Source of the DNA: Anolis carolinensis | Lineage: Eukaryota | NCBI RefSeq assembly: GCF_035594765.1 | Contig: NW_026943822.1 | Span: forward strand, 2,198,992-2,262,991 | Direction of reading: 5' to 3' | DNA: 64,000 nucleotides | In this document: positions 37,701-47,865 of the stretch, one piece after another | Numbering within the stretch: position 1 is the first letter of the stretch | Layout: each line of letters opens with the position of its first letter | Made by a program: the position numbers and the translations under genes | The notes under the pieces: generated by a model | The model's input: the letters and a program-made list of their open reading frames with translations, nothing else | What the model was told of the DNA's origin: nothing | Databases searched by the model: none

Positions 37701-39469
37701 TGTGCAATAAGCTTAGGTTCGATAACAGGTCCTAATTGATTGAATAGTATCCTCTCATATACTTTACATAGATGACATAAGAGAGATATGGTGATGATGA
37801 TGGCGATGATGATAATAACTACTTTATTTTTATACCCTGGTGTAAAGCCCACTTCACAAAGGTCCTTTCAGACAGGGGTGGAAATCTTTTCCTTTATATC
37901 CCACCAGCAACCCTGCCTGTGACCGGGGGGGGGGGGGGGGGGGTTCGGGGGGGAGATGGGGGTTTGGGAAGAGAGATGGGAGTTTGGAGGGAGGGCATTC
38001 TGCCTCAGGGTCTCAGAGAGATGAAAACGGGGGCAGGAGCCTCAGGCGAACCCATCCCCATCAGCTCTGTCTTGGCTTTGCTCCCCAGGTGTCCACCGTG
38101 CCTTACGACAGCATGACCCCTCAGGCCATTGTGGAGGAGGAGGAGGTGGAGCGGGTCAAGGCCCTCCTGAGACGGGAGAACCTCATCCGAGGTCTGGGCG
38201 TCATCAACCTGCTGACCCGGTTGCTGAGCCACAGTGAGCCCAGCCCCTTGGACATCCAGAAGCCCCGCATCAACTTCGCTGAAAGCCAGGTGGGCCCTCC
38301 CTCTGGAGCCAGGCTCCACCTCAAATCCCTCCTCTGGGGTCACTGACTGTGGTGCTCTTTCCTGTTGACCATAGCCGGGCTCTGGGTGCCTGGGCTCCCG
38401 GGGCCAACAGTGGTATGCAAACACCGGATAGCTCTTTAGGGAGCACAGGGACACAACCTGGAAGGTGGGGCCCGCAGGTCAAGGGGGTCATGTGGGTCTA
38501 TTTTGGGGAGAGTACAGAGCCCTTGAGAAGGAACCCGAGGGAAGTGGGTCCCCCCTGAGCCATTTGGGGAGCAACCTTTTCTTTCCTGCTGCTCAACCTG
38601 CTACTTTTCTGCTCCAGTCCCACTTCATCCAGGAGGTGCTCAACAACCGCGATTCCCAGAGTGCCATGACGCTGGTCCCCGTCTCCTTCCTGGGGAGCAC
38701 CGTCTCCCGCTTCAGACATCAGGCCGTGCCGCCACCGCCCCCCGCCGCCCGCGTCCAGCTCCTGGGCAACCAAGGCTTTATCCCCACCATCTTGGGCACC
38801 CTGTCCGGTCTGGGGGCCCACCACGATGGCAGCACCCTCTCGCTGCCCCCCAGGAACATCAGCTGGCTGGGCAGCGGCATGGTGGGGCAGCCCTGCACGC
38901 TGGCCCAGATGCTGCGGGCCGGAGGGCGGCGCTTTGGCAGCGCCATGAGCAAGGCAGATGGCGGTGAGTATACCGCGGTCAGCCCCCGGGTGCTGGAGCT
39001 GGCGCCCGCCAAAGGGAGCACCCTCGAGTGGGGCAGCGCCGCCAGGAGCAGGGCCGCTCGGTCGCAGAAGAGCACCTCCCGGAGCCACCCCTCTCCCCTC
39101 CCACACAGAGCCACAGCGCAGCCGCCGCCGCCGCCGCCTCTCCTGGGCTGGGCCCGGGCCCCCCACGCTGCCTCCGGTGTCGCCGCCTCGACCTCTGTTC
39201 CGGGAAGCCCTGCCTACAAGCGGCCCTTGTACTTGGGCTCCGGCTCCCTGAACTGCCTCTCCCACGGCGGAGGGAAAGCGCTCAATGGCAGCGTTGGCAG
39301 CTTCTCCTTCCCTTCCTCCATGCCTGCCCCCCTCAAACCCCACAATCACCACCCGGAGCTGCTGCGAGGGCTGACCATCAACTCTGCCTCAGCCCCGCTC
39401 CTGCGCCGCAGCAGCCCTCACCGCTCCAGCACGGTGGCCGCCTCCCAGCACCTCCACCTGCCCAGGTAG
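27267..39469 (+). CDS. TTLL13: Tubulin polyglutamylase TTLL13 (TTLL6 family), about 932 aa. Coding exons 27267-27580, 28338-28375, 28483-28601, 30457-30587, 30744-30900, 31064-31207, 31500-31585, 31722-31947, 33968-34152, 35486-35674, 35795-35951, 38089-38289, 38618-39469
   Basis: All introns GT-AG and phase-consistent (2799 nt). TTL motifs [76 protein letters not shown]. Position between GDPGP1 and NGRN favours TTLL13 over TTLL6. Last exon structure is less certain. Confidence 0.9.
27750..28212 (+). mobile_element. tRNA-derived SINE with L2-type tail (related - strand copies about 1-198, 12940-13560, 23745-23892, 51545-51692)
   Basis: Head GGCTGTGGCGCAGGCTGG..GAGTTYGAGGCC; tail GAGTCCCCTTCGGGGTGAGAAGGGCGG..ATAAAT. 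Confidence 0.65.
28620..29460 (-). mobile_element. CR1 LINE 3' end (interrupted)
   Basis: [43 protein letters not shown]; (ATTCTATG)n tail. Other CR1 tails at about 1037, 1745, 33263, 40018. Confidence 0.85.
29581..29701. mobile_element. Short hAT MITE
   Basis: 8-bp TSD GAATAGAA; related copy 63328-63435 has TSD TGCTAGAG. Confidence 0.8.
29826..30386. mobile_element. hAT non-autonomous element
   Basis: TIR CAGTGATGG.CAACCT, 8-bp TSD ACCTAGGG. Confidence 0.85.
32140..33040 (+). mobile_element. L2 LINE 3' fragment interrupted by a MITE
   Basis: [22 protein letters not shown], tail CGCTTTGAGT..GGGGTGAGAAAAG..ATAAAT; similar - strand piece at about 42970-43270. Confidence 0.7.
36275..37790 (-). 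mobile_element. Vingi/Ingi-like LINE, 5'-truncated and degraded
   Basis: RT motifs [36 protein letters not shown]; 3' tail GCTTTTGACACGAAATAAA. Confidence 0.8.
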
Positions 39470-39853
39470 CGGCCCTCCATGGAAAAAGGGGCCCCGTCCT
39501 CCTCACTGCAGGCCCCTTTCCCTCCTCCTGCGCAGGAAGGAGGCTTGACTGGAGTCCTAAGTGCCCTGGCGACTGGAGGAGCCCGAAGAGCGGGGCCTGC
39601 TGGGAGGGCACCGTGGCCATGCCAAGAGGGGCCAAGGGGCATTGGAGGCTGCCCTGCTGAGCTGCAGCCCTTGTGGCCCCGGACCCCGGAGGGAAGAGTG
39701 CACTCTGCCCAGTGGCCTCTTTCCGGCTGCGTCAGCCCCCGGGGCCCATCTGCCTGCCGGCCACCCCGGCCCCCTCAGCACGCCGAGAAGGCTGCTCAAC
39801 CGGACAGAGGGGGACTGCGGGCCGGGTAGGGACTTTTTTATAGCCCACTTTCT

Positions 39854-39859
39854 ATTAAA
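39854..39859 (+). terminator. Candidate TTLL13 polyA signal ATTAAA
   Basis: Variant hexamer 385 nt after the stop, before the NGRN promoter. Confidence 0.45.
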
Positions 39860-40242
39860 GCTTTATACAGTTATGCGCTTGGGAGTCTGCCTGTCCTTTG
39901 CATCACCAGGTTCAGGAGGAGGGATTTTGTCAGGACAAAAGAAGGGCCTTGCGATGGCCAGTGGCCAATAATGTACTCCACAGACAGACGCAAAAGTGGG
40001 TGCTTCCTAGAAGCCGGCATAGAATCATAGAATAGTAGAGTTGGAAGAGACCTCATGGGCCAGTCAGTCCAACCCTCTGCCAAGAAGCAGGAAATCGCAT
40101 GCAAAGCACCCCCAACAGATGGCCATCCAGCCTCTGCTCAAAAGCCTGGGGTCGGCGGGAGGCGTGGCCTCGGACCCGGAAGCCACGCCCCCGAGGCCAC
40201 GTGTGTGCCGCTTTCTCTAGCTCCTCCTCCTCCTCCCTCGCG

Positions 40243-42437
40243 ATGGGGCCTGCGGGGCGGCAGCTGCTTCTGGGCCTGCGGGGGTTGGCTCGGTTGGGGA
40301 CGAGGCTGGAAGCAAGCGGGGATCCCGAGCTGGACCTGGAGAGGTAAGCAAGGCGGGGAGCAATTCGTTGCTTGGAGTTTTCCGGGCTGTGTGGTCGTGT
40401 TCCAGAAGCATTCTCTCCTGACGTTTCTCCGTTTAAATAAATAAAATAAATACAGTAGAGTCTCACTTATCCAAGCCTCGCTTATCCACGCCTCTGGATT
40501 ATCCAAGCCATTTTTGTAGTCAATGTTTTCAATATATCGTGATATTTTGGTGCTAAATTCGTAAATACAGTAATTACTACATAGCATTACTGCGTATTGA
40601 ACTACTTTTTCTGTCAAATTTGTTGTATAACATGAAGTTTTGGTGCTTAATTTGTAAAATCATAACCTCATTTGATGTTTAATAGGCTTTTCCTTAATCC
40701 CTCCTTATTATCCAAGATATTCACTTATCCAAGCTTTTGCCGTCCCATGTAGCTTGGATAAGTGAGACTCTACTGTAAATAAAACATTTACGCTGGCCTC
40801 CAACTGACAAGAGTTCTTCCCTCACCCTGGACTTCCCACAGATATATATAAACCTTCCCTGCTTAGTTTCTCCATACCTCACAACCTCTGAGGATGCCTG
40901 CCATAGATGTGGGCGAAACGTCAGGAGAGAATACTTCTAGAACATGGCCACACAGCCCGGAAAACATACAACAATCCTGTGATCCCGGCCATGAAAGCCT
41001 TCGACAACACTTCCTTCTTTGCTTCCATACTGGGCTTCTTTCTCATGCAGATAAACAGCTTCGCTCTCACAGAGCCTCATCTCAAATGAGACTCACACAG
41101 AAGTTTCACACAGTAACTTCACACACAGCAGCCTTCACACTGGGGCTTCACACATGAAGCTTTACACACCAGGCCTTCTCACACACTGAGGCTTCCTCAT
41201 ACTAGGCGTTCTTCATACTGAGGCGTTCTCACACTGCTCAGGATGGCACTAGCTTTGGCCCATTATTTCTCACAGGTTCGTCCTACTTTCCTCAGGATGA
41301 CACTAACTTTGGCCTACTAACTCTAACAGGCTTCAGCCTACTCATTCTCGGGACGACACTAGTTTTGGCCCACTAACTAACTGGCTTCGGCCTACTCACT
41401 CTCCTCAGGATGACGCTAGCTTTGGCCCACTAACTCTAACAGGCTTCGGCCTACTCACTCTCCTCAGGACGACACTAGCTTTGGCCCACTAACTCTAACA
41501 GGCTTCGGCCTACTCACTCCTCAGAGCGACGCTAGCTTATTTAACCCGTTCAGTGCTTGACTCACATTTTTGTAATTAAAAATACCTAGTTAATTTTTAA
41601 TATTTCTGATGATATAGATGTATATTTTTGGTTGGTGTTACACTTAAGAAATGTACCTGTTCCCTGTTCAATGTCCCTTGAATACAAATTCAGCAGAAGG
41701 ATAAGCCTACAGAGCAGGTCTGGGCCAATTGGGCCCTCCGGGTGTTTTAGACTTCGTCTCCCACCATTCCAAACAGCCTCAGGCCCCTTCCTTTTCCCCC
41801 TCAGCCGCTTAGGAATGGTGGGAGTCGAAGTCCAAAACACCTGGAGGGCCCAAGTTGGCCCAGGCCTTCTGCAGAGCGTCTCTGTTTCGTGGCCCGCATA
41901 CCCACGGCCTCCTTGGGGGCCCCTCCTTCCTGCAGAACGCTGCGGAGCCAGGCGAAGGCGGTGCGGGAGCAGCGGATCAAGAGGCAGATGGAGCCACGGG
42001 GACCCCCCCAGCGCACCCTGAGCCGCCAGGCCATGGAGCAGATCCGGTGAGGAGCCATTACAGTGCGGGATCGGGCATCGGAAGTGAGCCTGGCTGAAGC
42101 TGAGCCCCCCTTTGAACCCTTCCCTTTCAGCTTCCTTTCGCGGGAGGCGCCGGAGGAGTGGCCCGTGGAGCGCCTGGCCCGCGGCTTCCAGGTGCCGCCT
42201 GACGTCGTCCGCCGCGTCCTCCGCAGCCGCTTCCATCCCTCGCCTTCGCGCGCCACCAAACAGGATGCCGTGGTTGCAGCCGCCATCACCGGGAAGAGCG
42301 AGGGGCCCACGCGCAAGGAGCAGCAGAGGGGCAGGGAGGTTTTTGACGCCACGGGGAACTTTCTCTACCGCATCCCTGAAGCGAGCCCCCCACCCCTGGT
42401 GGCCCTTGGTCCCGGGAGAAAGGCCCGTCCCAAGTAG
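40243..42437 (+). CDS. NGRN: Neugrin (mitochondrial 16S rRNA module protein), 172 aa. Exons 40243-40343, 41936-42046, 42131-42437
   Basis: TLRSQAKAVREQRIKRQME..PPQRTLSRQAMEQIR/FLSREAPEEWPVERLARGFQVPPDVVRRVLRSRF..KQD and C-terminal QRGREVFDATGNFLYRI match neugrin motifs; Arg/Leu-rich presequence-like N-terminus. Confidence 0.9.
40885..40925 (+). ncRNA. Minimal type I hammerhead ribozyme motif in a Penelope-like repeat (NGRN intron 1)
   Basis: CCT-CTGAGGA-T-GCCTGC-CATAGAT-GTGGGC-GAAAC-GTC-AGG: catalytic boxes, stem I CCT/AGG, stem II, palindromic loopless stem III ACGT. Confidence 0.7.
41235..41540. repeat. About 57-60-bp tandem repeat (about 5 copies) in NGRN intron 1; related copies at 44255-44335
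   Basis: GACACTAGCTTTGGCCCACTAACTCTAACAGGCTTCGGCCTACTC units. Confidence 0.8.
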
Positions 42438-43306
42438 CCCTTGGGGATGAAAAGCAGGGACAGGCGTGGGACGGAACCGGAAGCTGGGCCAGTAAATGCA
42501 CAAAGTGTGATCATGGCAGAACGGTTGTACTCCAAGGCTGGGAAGCAGCTCTCCACTTACCACACTCAGTGCAGGGTAAAATAGGAAAGCAGTTTATTGA
42601 AGAATGTATATAAAAAGCAGAAAAGCAAAACAGAATAAAAACCAACGTCAAAATGTCAGAGGTAGTCCATAGAATTCAAATTACAGTAGAGGCTATTAAA
42701 CATCAAATTACGTTATGATTTTACAAATTAAGCACCAAAACATCATGTTTTACAACAAATTGACAGAAAAGGCAGTTCAGTACATGTAATAATAATAGTA
42801 ATAATAAAACTTTATTTATACCCCGCCACCATCTCCCCGTGGGGACTCGGGGCGGCTTACATGGGGCAGAGGCCCAAACAACGTAAAGACAAAATATAAG
42901 CAACATAATACAAGTCACAATATAAAAAAAATAAAACAGTAATTCTCTCTCTCTCTCTCTCTCTCTCTTGTCCCCACCAAATGCAGTTGTGAGGAGGGTG
43001 GAAGAGAGGAGGGCCTCCCCGGAAGATCTCAGAGAGCGCATAGGTTCATAGGGAACGACGTAGTCACAAAGATAGGCAGGTCCCGAACCGTTTAGAGCTT
43101 TAGAGGTAATAACCTGCACCTTGAACTGGGCCCAGAACATTATCAGCAGCCAGTGGAGCTGCTTGAACGGGGGTTGACCACTTCCTGTGAGCAACTCCGG
43201 TTAGTAACCTAGCTGCCGACTGTTGTACCAACTGTAGTTTCTGGACCGTCTTCAAGGGCAGCCCCATGTAGATTGCAGTACATGCTGCCACGTAGAGTTC
43301 AGTACA

Positions 43307-44159
43307 TGCTGCCCATCCGGTGCTGAAGCATAACTACTGCACCTGCTTCCCCAACCATGTCTCGGACTGCCCGTTTCAAAATCCTGGGCTTTGACATCCT
43401 CCTCGACAGGAAGCTCATGTTAATGTGGGATTTGTGTATTGATAGTGTTTACATGCAATTTGTGCCATGCTTGTATTGCAACTGATTGCATCATCCAGAA
43501 TGTACCATAATGTGGAAAGAGTTAATTGCCAAGAAGCTATGATGACCTTGATGTGTGGCTGGAACTAGGGAGTATCCAGACACAAGTGTTTGTGCATAAC
43601 GATTGCATCAGTTCAGTTCAGTTGAGTTCTGTCTGCCTAGAGTTCGAGTCAAGTTCTGTTGGAGAACACAACAGTCCCGTGTTCGTCTGTCATCTGCAAG
43701 TCTGTTTGTGTTGATTATTGCTGCCTACAGTAAAACTTTGTAAATAGTTTTACCAACGTCTCTTGAGTGTCTCTTTGTTCTGCGTTCCACTGCTTCCATC
43801 CAACTACTGCTGCGCTGCAAATACTCCGACAGCTCAAACCTTGGTTCTTGGAAGTGAGAGATTTCTCGTTCTCTCTCCCGCTCACATTCCCTCTGCCTGA
43901 AGCAGGGCCCCAGTGGTAAGCACTTCACCCCACACCACCACCCCCCCCCCCCCCCGCATCCTACCAGACTTTGCCTCCTTTGTAGACCACAGGCTTTCTC
44001 CCATTGCCTTTAGCATGGGGCTGGGTATAGCATGTCCCCAACAACTATTTTTGCAGCCCTTGCTATCTGTAGAAATAAAAAAGTGAATTGTCTCTTTGGG
44101 AAATCTCCTGGAGTGGCCATTCAGTTTTTTAAAGCCCTCCTATATTCTAACAAGCTCTT
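43307..44159 (+). pseudogene. Degraded partial duplicate of TTLL13 (3' part of exon 31722-31947 plus following intron)
   Basis: 43307-43417 and 43832-43878 align to 31818-31970; 44050-44159 aligns to about 32021-32128; indel in coding part; interrupted by a solo LTR. Confidence 0.9.
43418..43831. mobile_element. Solo LTR (414 bp)
   Basis: TGT...ACA termini, 5-bp TSD GCTCA (43413-17, 43832-36), AGTAAA inside; the empty site is visible in TTLL13 at 31926-31930. Confidence 0.85.
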
Positions 44160-44606
44160 GGTCCCACTCGCTTATCCAACGTTCTACCGGCCCGTTTATG
44201 TTGGATAAGTGAGACTACTGTATTTAAAATTTACACTATAATTAAACATTTTGCTACTCTAACAGGCTTCGGCCTACTCTCCTCGGGACGACACTAGCTT
44301 TGGCCCACTAACTCTTAACAGGCTTCGGCATCCTCAGGAGATTCTGGGACAATCCTTAACACTTGAAAGCATGGAGCATGAGCAACAGGAAACATTGAAC
44401 TAGAAATCCCTTAGATGTATCTGCAAGCACCAGCGAGTTTTTTTTAAGGCATAGCGTAGCATAACATATATTGTATATACATATAATATAATAATATTAT
44501 AATGGAATACAATATTATCCTACTAATAATACAATATAATAATATTAATTATATATTAATATTTATATATTAATATTAATTATATATTAAATGTAATATT
44601 ACTAAC

Positions 44607-44880
44607 AGCACTCCATGCAGTCATGCCGGCCACATGACCTTGGAGGTGTCTGCGGACAACGCCGGCTCTTTGGCTTAGAAATGGAGATGAGCACCAACCC
44701 CCAGAGTGTGAGTAGATCAATAGGTACCACTCTGGCGGGAAGGTATCAGTGCTCCATGCAGTCATGCCGGCCACATGACCTTGGAGGTGTCTGCGGACAA
44801 CGCCGGCTCTTCGGCTTAGAAATGGAGATGAGCAGAGTAGGACACAACTGGACTTAATGGCAGGGGAAACCTTTACCTTT
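44607..44880 (+). mobile_element. Sauria SINE, 5'-truncated, same internal duplication
   Basis: ACCTTTACCTTT tail; shares the junction with the 61962 copy. Confidence 0.8.
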
Positions 44881-45145
44881 AATATTACTAATAATATTAC
44901 CATATAATGATATAGTACAATATAGTAATTTAATGCTTACATTGTGCTATGCTAATATAATATTGTATGTTCATTTGATTTGTAAGCTGCTTTGAGTTCC
45001 CTTCGGGGTGAGAAAAGCGGGATATAAATATAGTAAATAAATAAATATGATGAAATTAAATTTACCTGACATCCAACAACAAACAAGGCCCTTTTCAAAT
45101 AATCCGGGCAATGCCAGGTACCCAAGCTAGTAATATAAGAAATAT

Positions 45146-46980
45146 ACCGTATATACTCAAATATAAGCTGACCTAAATATAAGCCGAGGCACCTAATTTT
45201 ACCACAAAAAAACTGGAAAAACATTGACTCCAGTATAAGTCGAGGGTGGTAAATTTCAGAAATAAAAATAGATACCAATAAAATTACATTAATTGAGGCA
45301 TCGGTAGGTTAAATGTTTTTGAATATTTACATAAAGCTCAAATTTAAGATAAGACTGTCCAACTCTGATCAAATCATCATTATTCTCATCTTCTTCAATG
45401 TAAATGTGCTTATGTCTCCTTTTAATAATAATAGAGTAAAATAATACATGTAATAATAGTAATAATAAATACAGGAAAATAATACAAGTACAGTAGAGTC
45501 TCGCTTATCCAACATTCTGGATTATCCAACGCATTTTTGTAGTCAATGTTTTCAATATATCATGATATTTTGGTGCTAAATCCGTAAATACAGTATTGAA
45601 CATAACATTATTGTGTATTGAACTACTTTTTCTGTCAAATTTGTTGTATAACATGATGTTTTGGTGCTTAATTTGTAAAATCATAAGCTAATTTGATGTG
45701 TAATAGGCGTCTCCTTAATCTCTCCTTATTATCCAACATATTCACTTATCCAACGTTCTGTTGACCCGTTTATGTTGGATAAGTGAGACTCTACTGTAAT
45801 AATAAATAGAGTAAAATAATAAATGCAATAATAATAATAAGATCAGAGTGAAATAATAAATGTATTAAGAATAATAATAATAAAATAGAGTAAAATAAAT
45901 GTAATAGTAGCAACAATAATAGAGAAAAATAATAAATGTAATCATACCAATAATAATAGAGAAAAATAATAAATGTACCATATATTCTTGAGTATAAGCT
46001 GACCCAAATATAAGCCAACCAGGACCCTCACCCGAGTATGTCCAACTCTGATCAAATCATAATTATTCTCATCTTCTTCAATGTAAATGTGCTTAGGTAT
46101 CCTATTAATAATAATAGAGTTAAATAATACATGTAATAATCATAATAATAAATACAGGAAAATAATACAAGTAATAATAAATAGAGTAATAATAATAAGA
46201 TCAGAGTGAAATAATAAATGTATTAATAATAATAAAATAGAGTAAAATAAATGTAATAGTAGCAACAATAATAGAGAAAAATAATAAATGTAATAATGCC
46301 AATAATAATAGAGAAAAATAATACATATAATAATAATAAATACAGGAAAATAATACAAGTAATAATAAATAGAGTAAAATAATAAATGCAATAATAATAA
46401 GATCAGAGTGAAATAATAAATGTATTAATAATAATAATAATAAAATAGAGTAAAATAAATGTAATAGTAGCAACAATAATAGAGAAAAATAATAAATGTA
46501 ATCATACCAATAATAATAGAGAAAAATAATACATGTAATAATCATAATAATAAATACAGGAAAATAATACAAGTAATAATAAATAGAGTAAAATAATAAA
46601 TGTAATAATAATAATAAGATCAGAGTGAAATAATAAATGTATTAATAATAATAATAAAATAGAGTAAAATAAATGTAATAGTAGCAACAATAATAGAGAA
46701 AAATAATAAATGTAATCATACCAATAATAATAGAGAAAAATAATAAATGTACCCTCACTTAGTTTATCCATACCTCACAACCTCTGAGGATGCCTGCCAT
46801 AGATGTGGGCGAAACGTCAGGAGAGAATGCTTCTGGAACATGGCCACACAGCCTGAAAGACATACAACAACCCCAATAAATGTACCGTATATTCTTGAGT
46901 ATAAGTATAAGCCGAGGGGGGCTTTTTCAGTCTTAAAAAAAGGGCTGGAAAACTAGGCGTATACTTGAGTATATACGGTA
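45146..46980. mobile_element. Tigger/pogo-like non-autonomous element (CCGTATATACTC TIR) inflated by AT-rich tandem duplications, a MITE and a Penelope fragment
   Basis: TA-CCGTATATACTC...GAGTATATACGG-TA; GATCAGAGTG units at 45841, 46199, 46401, 46618. Confidence 0.65.
46781..46821 (+). ncRNA. Minimal hammerhead ribozyme motif (identical core to 40885)
   Basis: Same sequence in a Penelope-like fragment about 46752-46873. Confidence 0.65.
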
Positions 46981-47169
46981 AATATAATACAGTGTGTTTA
47001 GGACAGAACTAATTAGGAAATAGCATTGATTACCCAGGAATAAACATCAATCCTTTGTGGGCTGCAGGAAAAAAATATGCAAAATCCGTGCATTCTTGCA
47101 CAACCTGATGATTGATGAAGCAATTCTTGTGAATTTTTTAATATTAAACGTGACATTCGTTGTACTTTT

Positions 47170-47360
47170 TGTATCTAAACCAATCAAGAGAGTTTTTCGC
47201 GCCAAACTAGTCAAACTGTCAGCTTTGTGCAAATGATCTGGGCGCATGCGCAGTGGCGCCCCTAGGCCTCAAAGCGGCGCTAATTGCGTGAGCGGCGTCA
47301 ACAGAGAGAGAGAAGGGCAGGGAAAGAGATTCAAACTGAAGATTAGGAAGAACTAAAGGT
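47170..47360 (+). promoter_or_regulatory. Putative HDDC3 promoter and non-coding first exon: CCAAT 47180, E2F-like TTTCGCGCC 47195-47203, NRF1 GCGCATGCGC 47242-47251, donor AG/GTAAGA at 47359
   Basis: Motifs read directly; HDDC3 coding exon 1 is preceded by an acceptor (TTTCTAG, 51978). Confidence 0.6.
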
Positions 47361-47865
47361 AAGAAGAGCTTGCTCTAGGCCTGGGTAAACTTGGGCCCTC
47401 CCTTCAGGTGTTTTGGACTCCAACTCCCAGCATGCCTCACAGCCTCGGGCCCCTTCCTTTTCCCCCTCAGCCGCTTAAGCGGCTGAGGGGGAAAAGGAAA
47501 GGGCCCGAGGCTGTGAGGCATGCTGGGAGTTGGAGTCCAAAACACCTGAAGGGCGGGCCCAAGTTTGCCCAGGCCTGGCCTACACTCTGTAACACTCTTC
47601 GATTTTTGGTAATTATAAATACCATTTCCTAATTGGTTCTATCATCAAAACGTGGGGGGAAAGTTTATTAATTTGCGCAAACTTCGTTTTGGCGGGAGGG
47701 ACATTCATCCAGTCTCACCTGGCCATCTGTTGGGAGGGATCAGATGGTGTCCTTCCTTCCAGACGGGGGTTGGGCTGGGTGGCCTTTTTTGGAGGGGGTC
47801 GGATTCCTATCAAATACAGCAAAATGGCTGAGCCAATATAAATGTACTTTCCAAATTGCCAACTA

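Noticed and set aside
45791-46771. Hydrophobic Ile/Leu/Tyr-rich ORFs
   Set aside because: Translations of AT-rich tandem repeats
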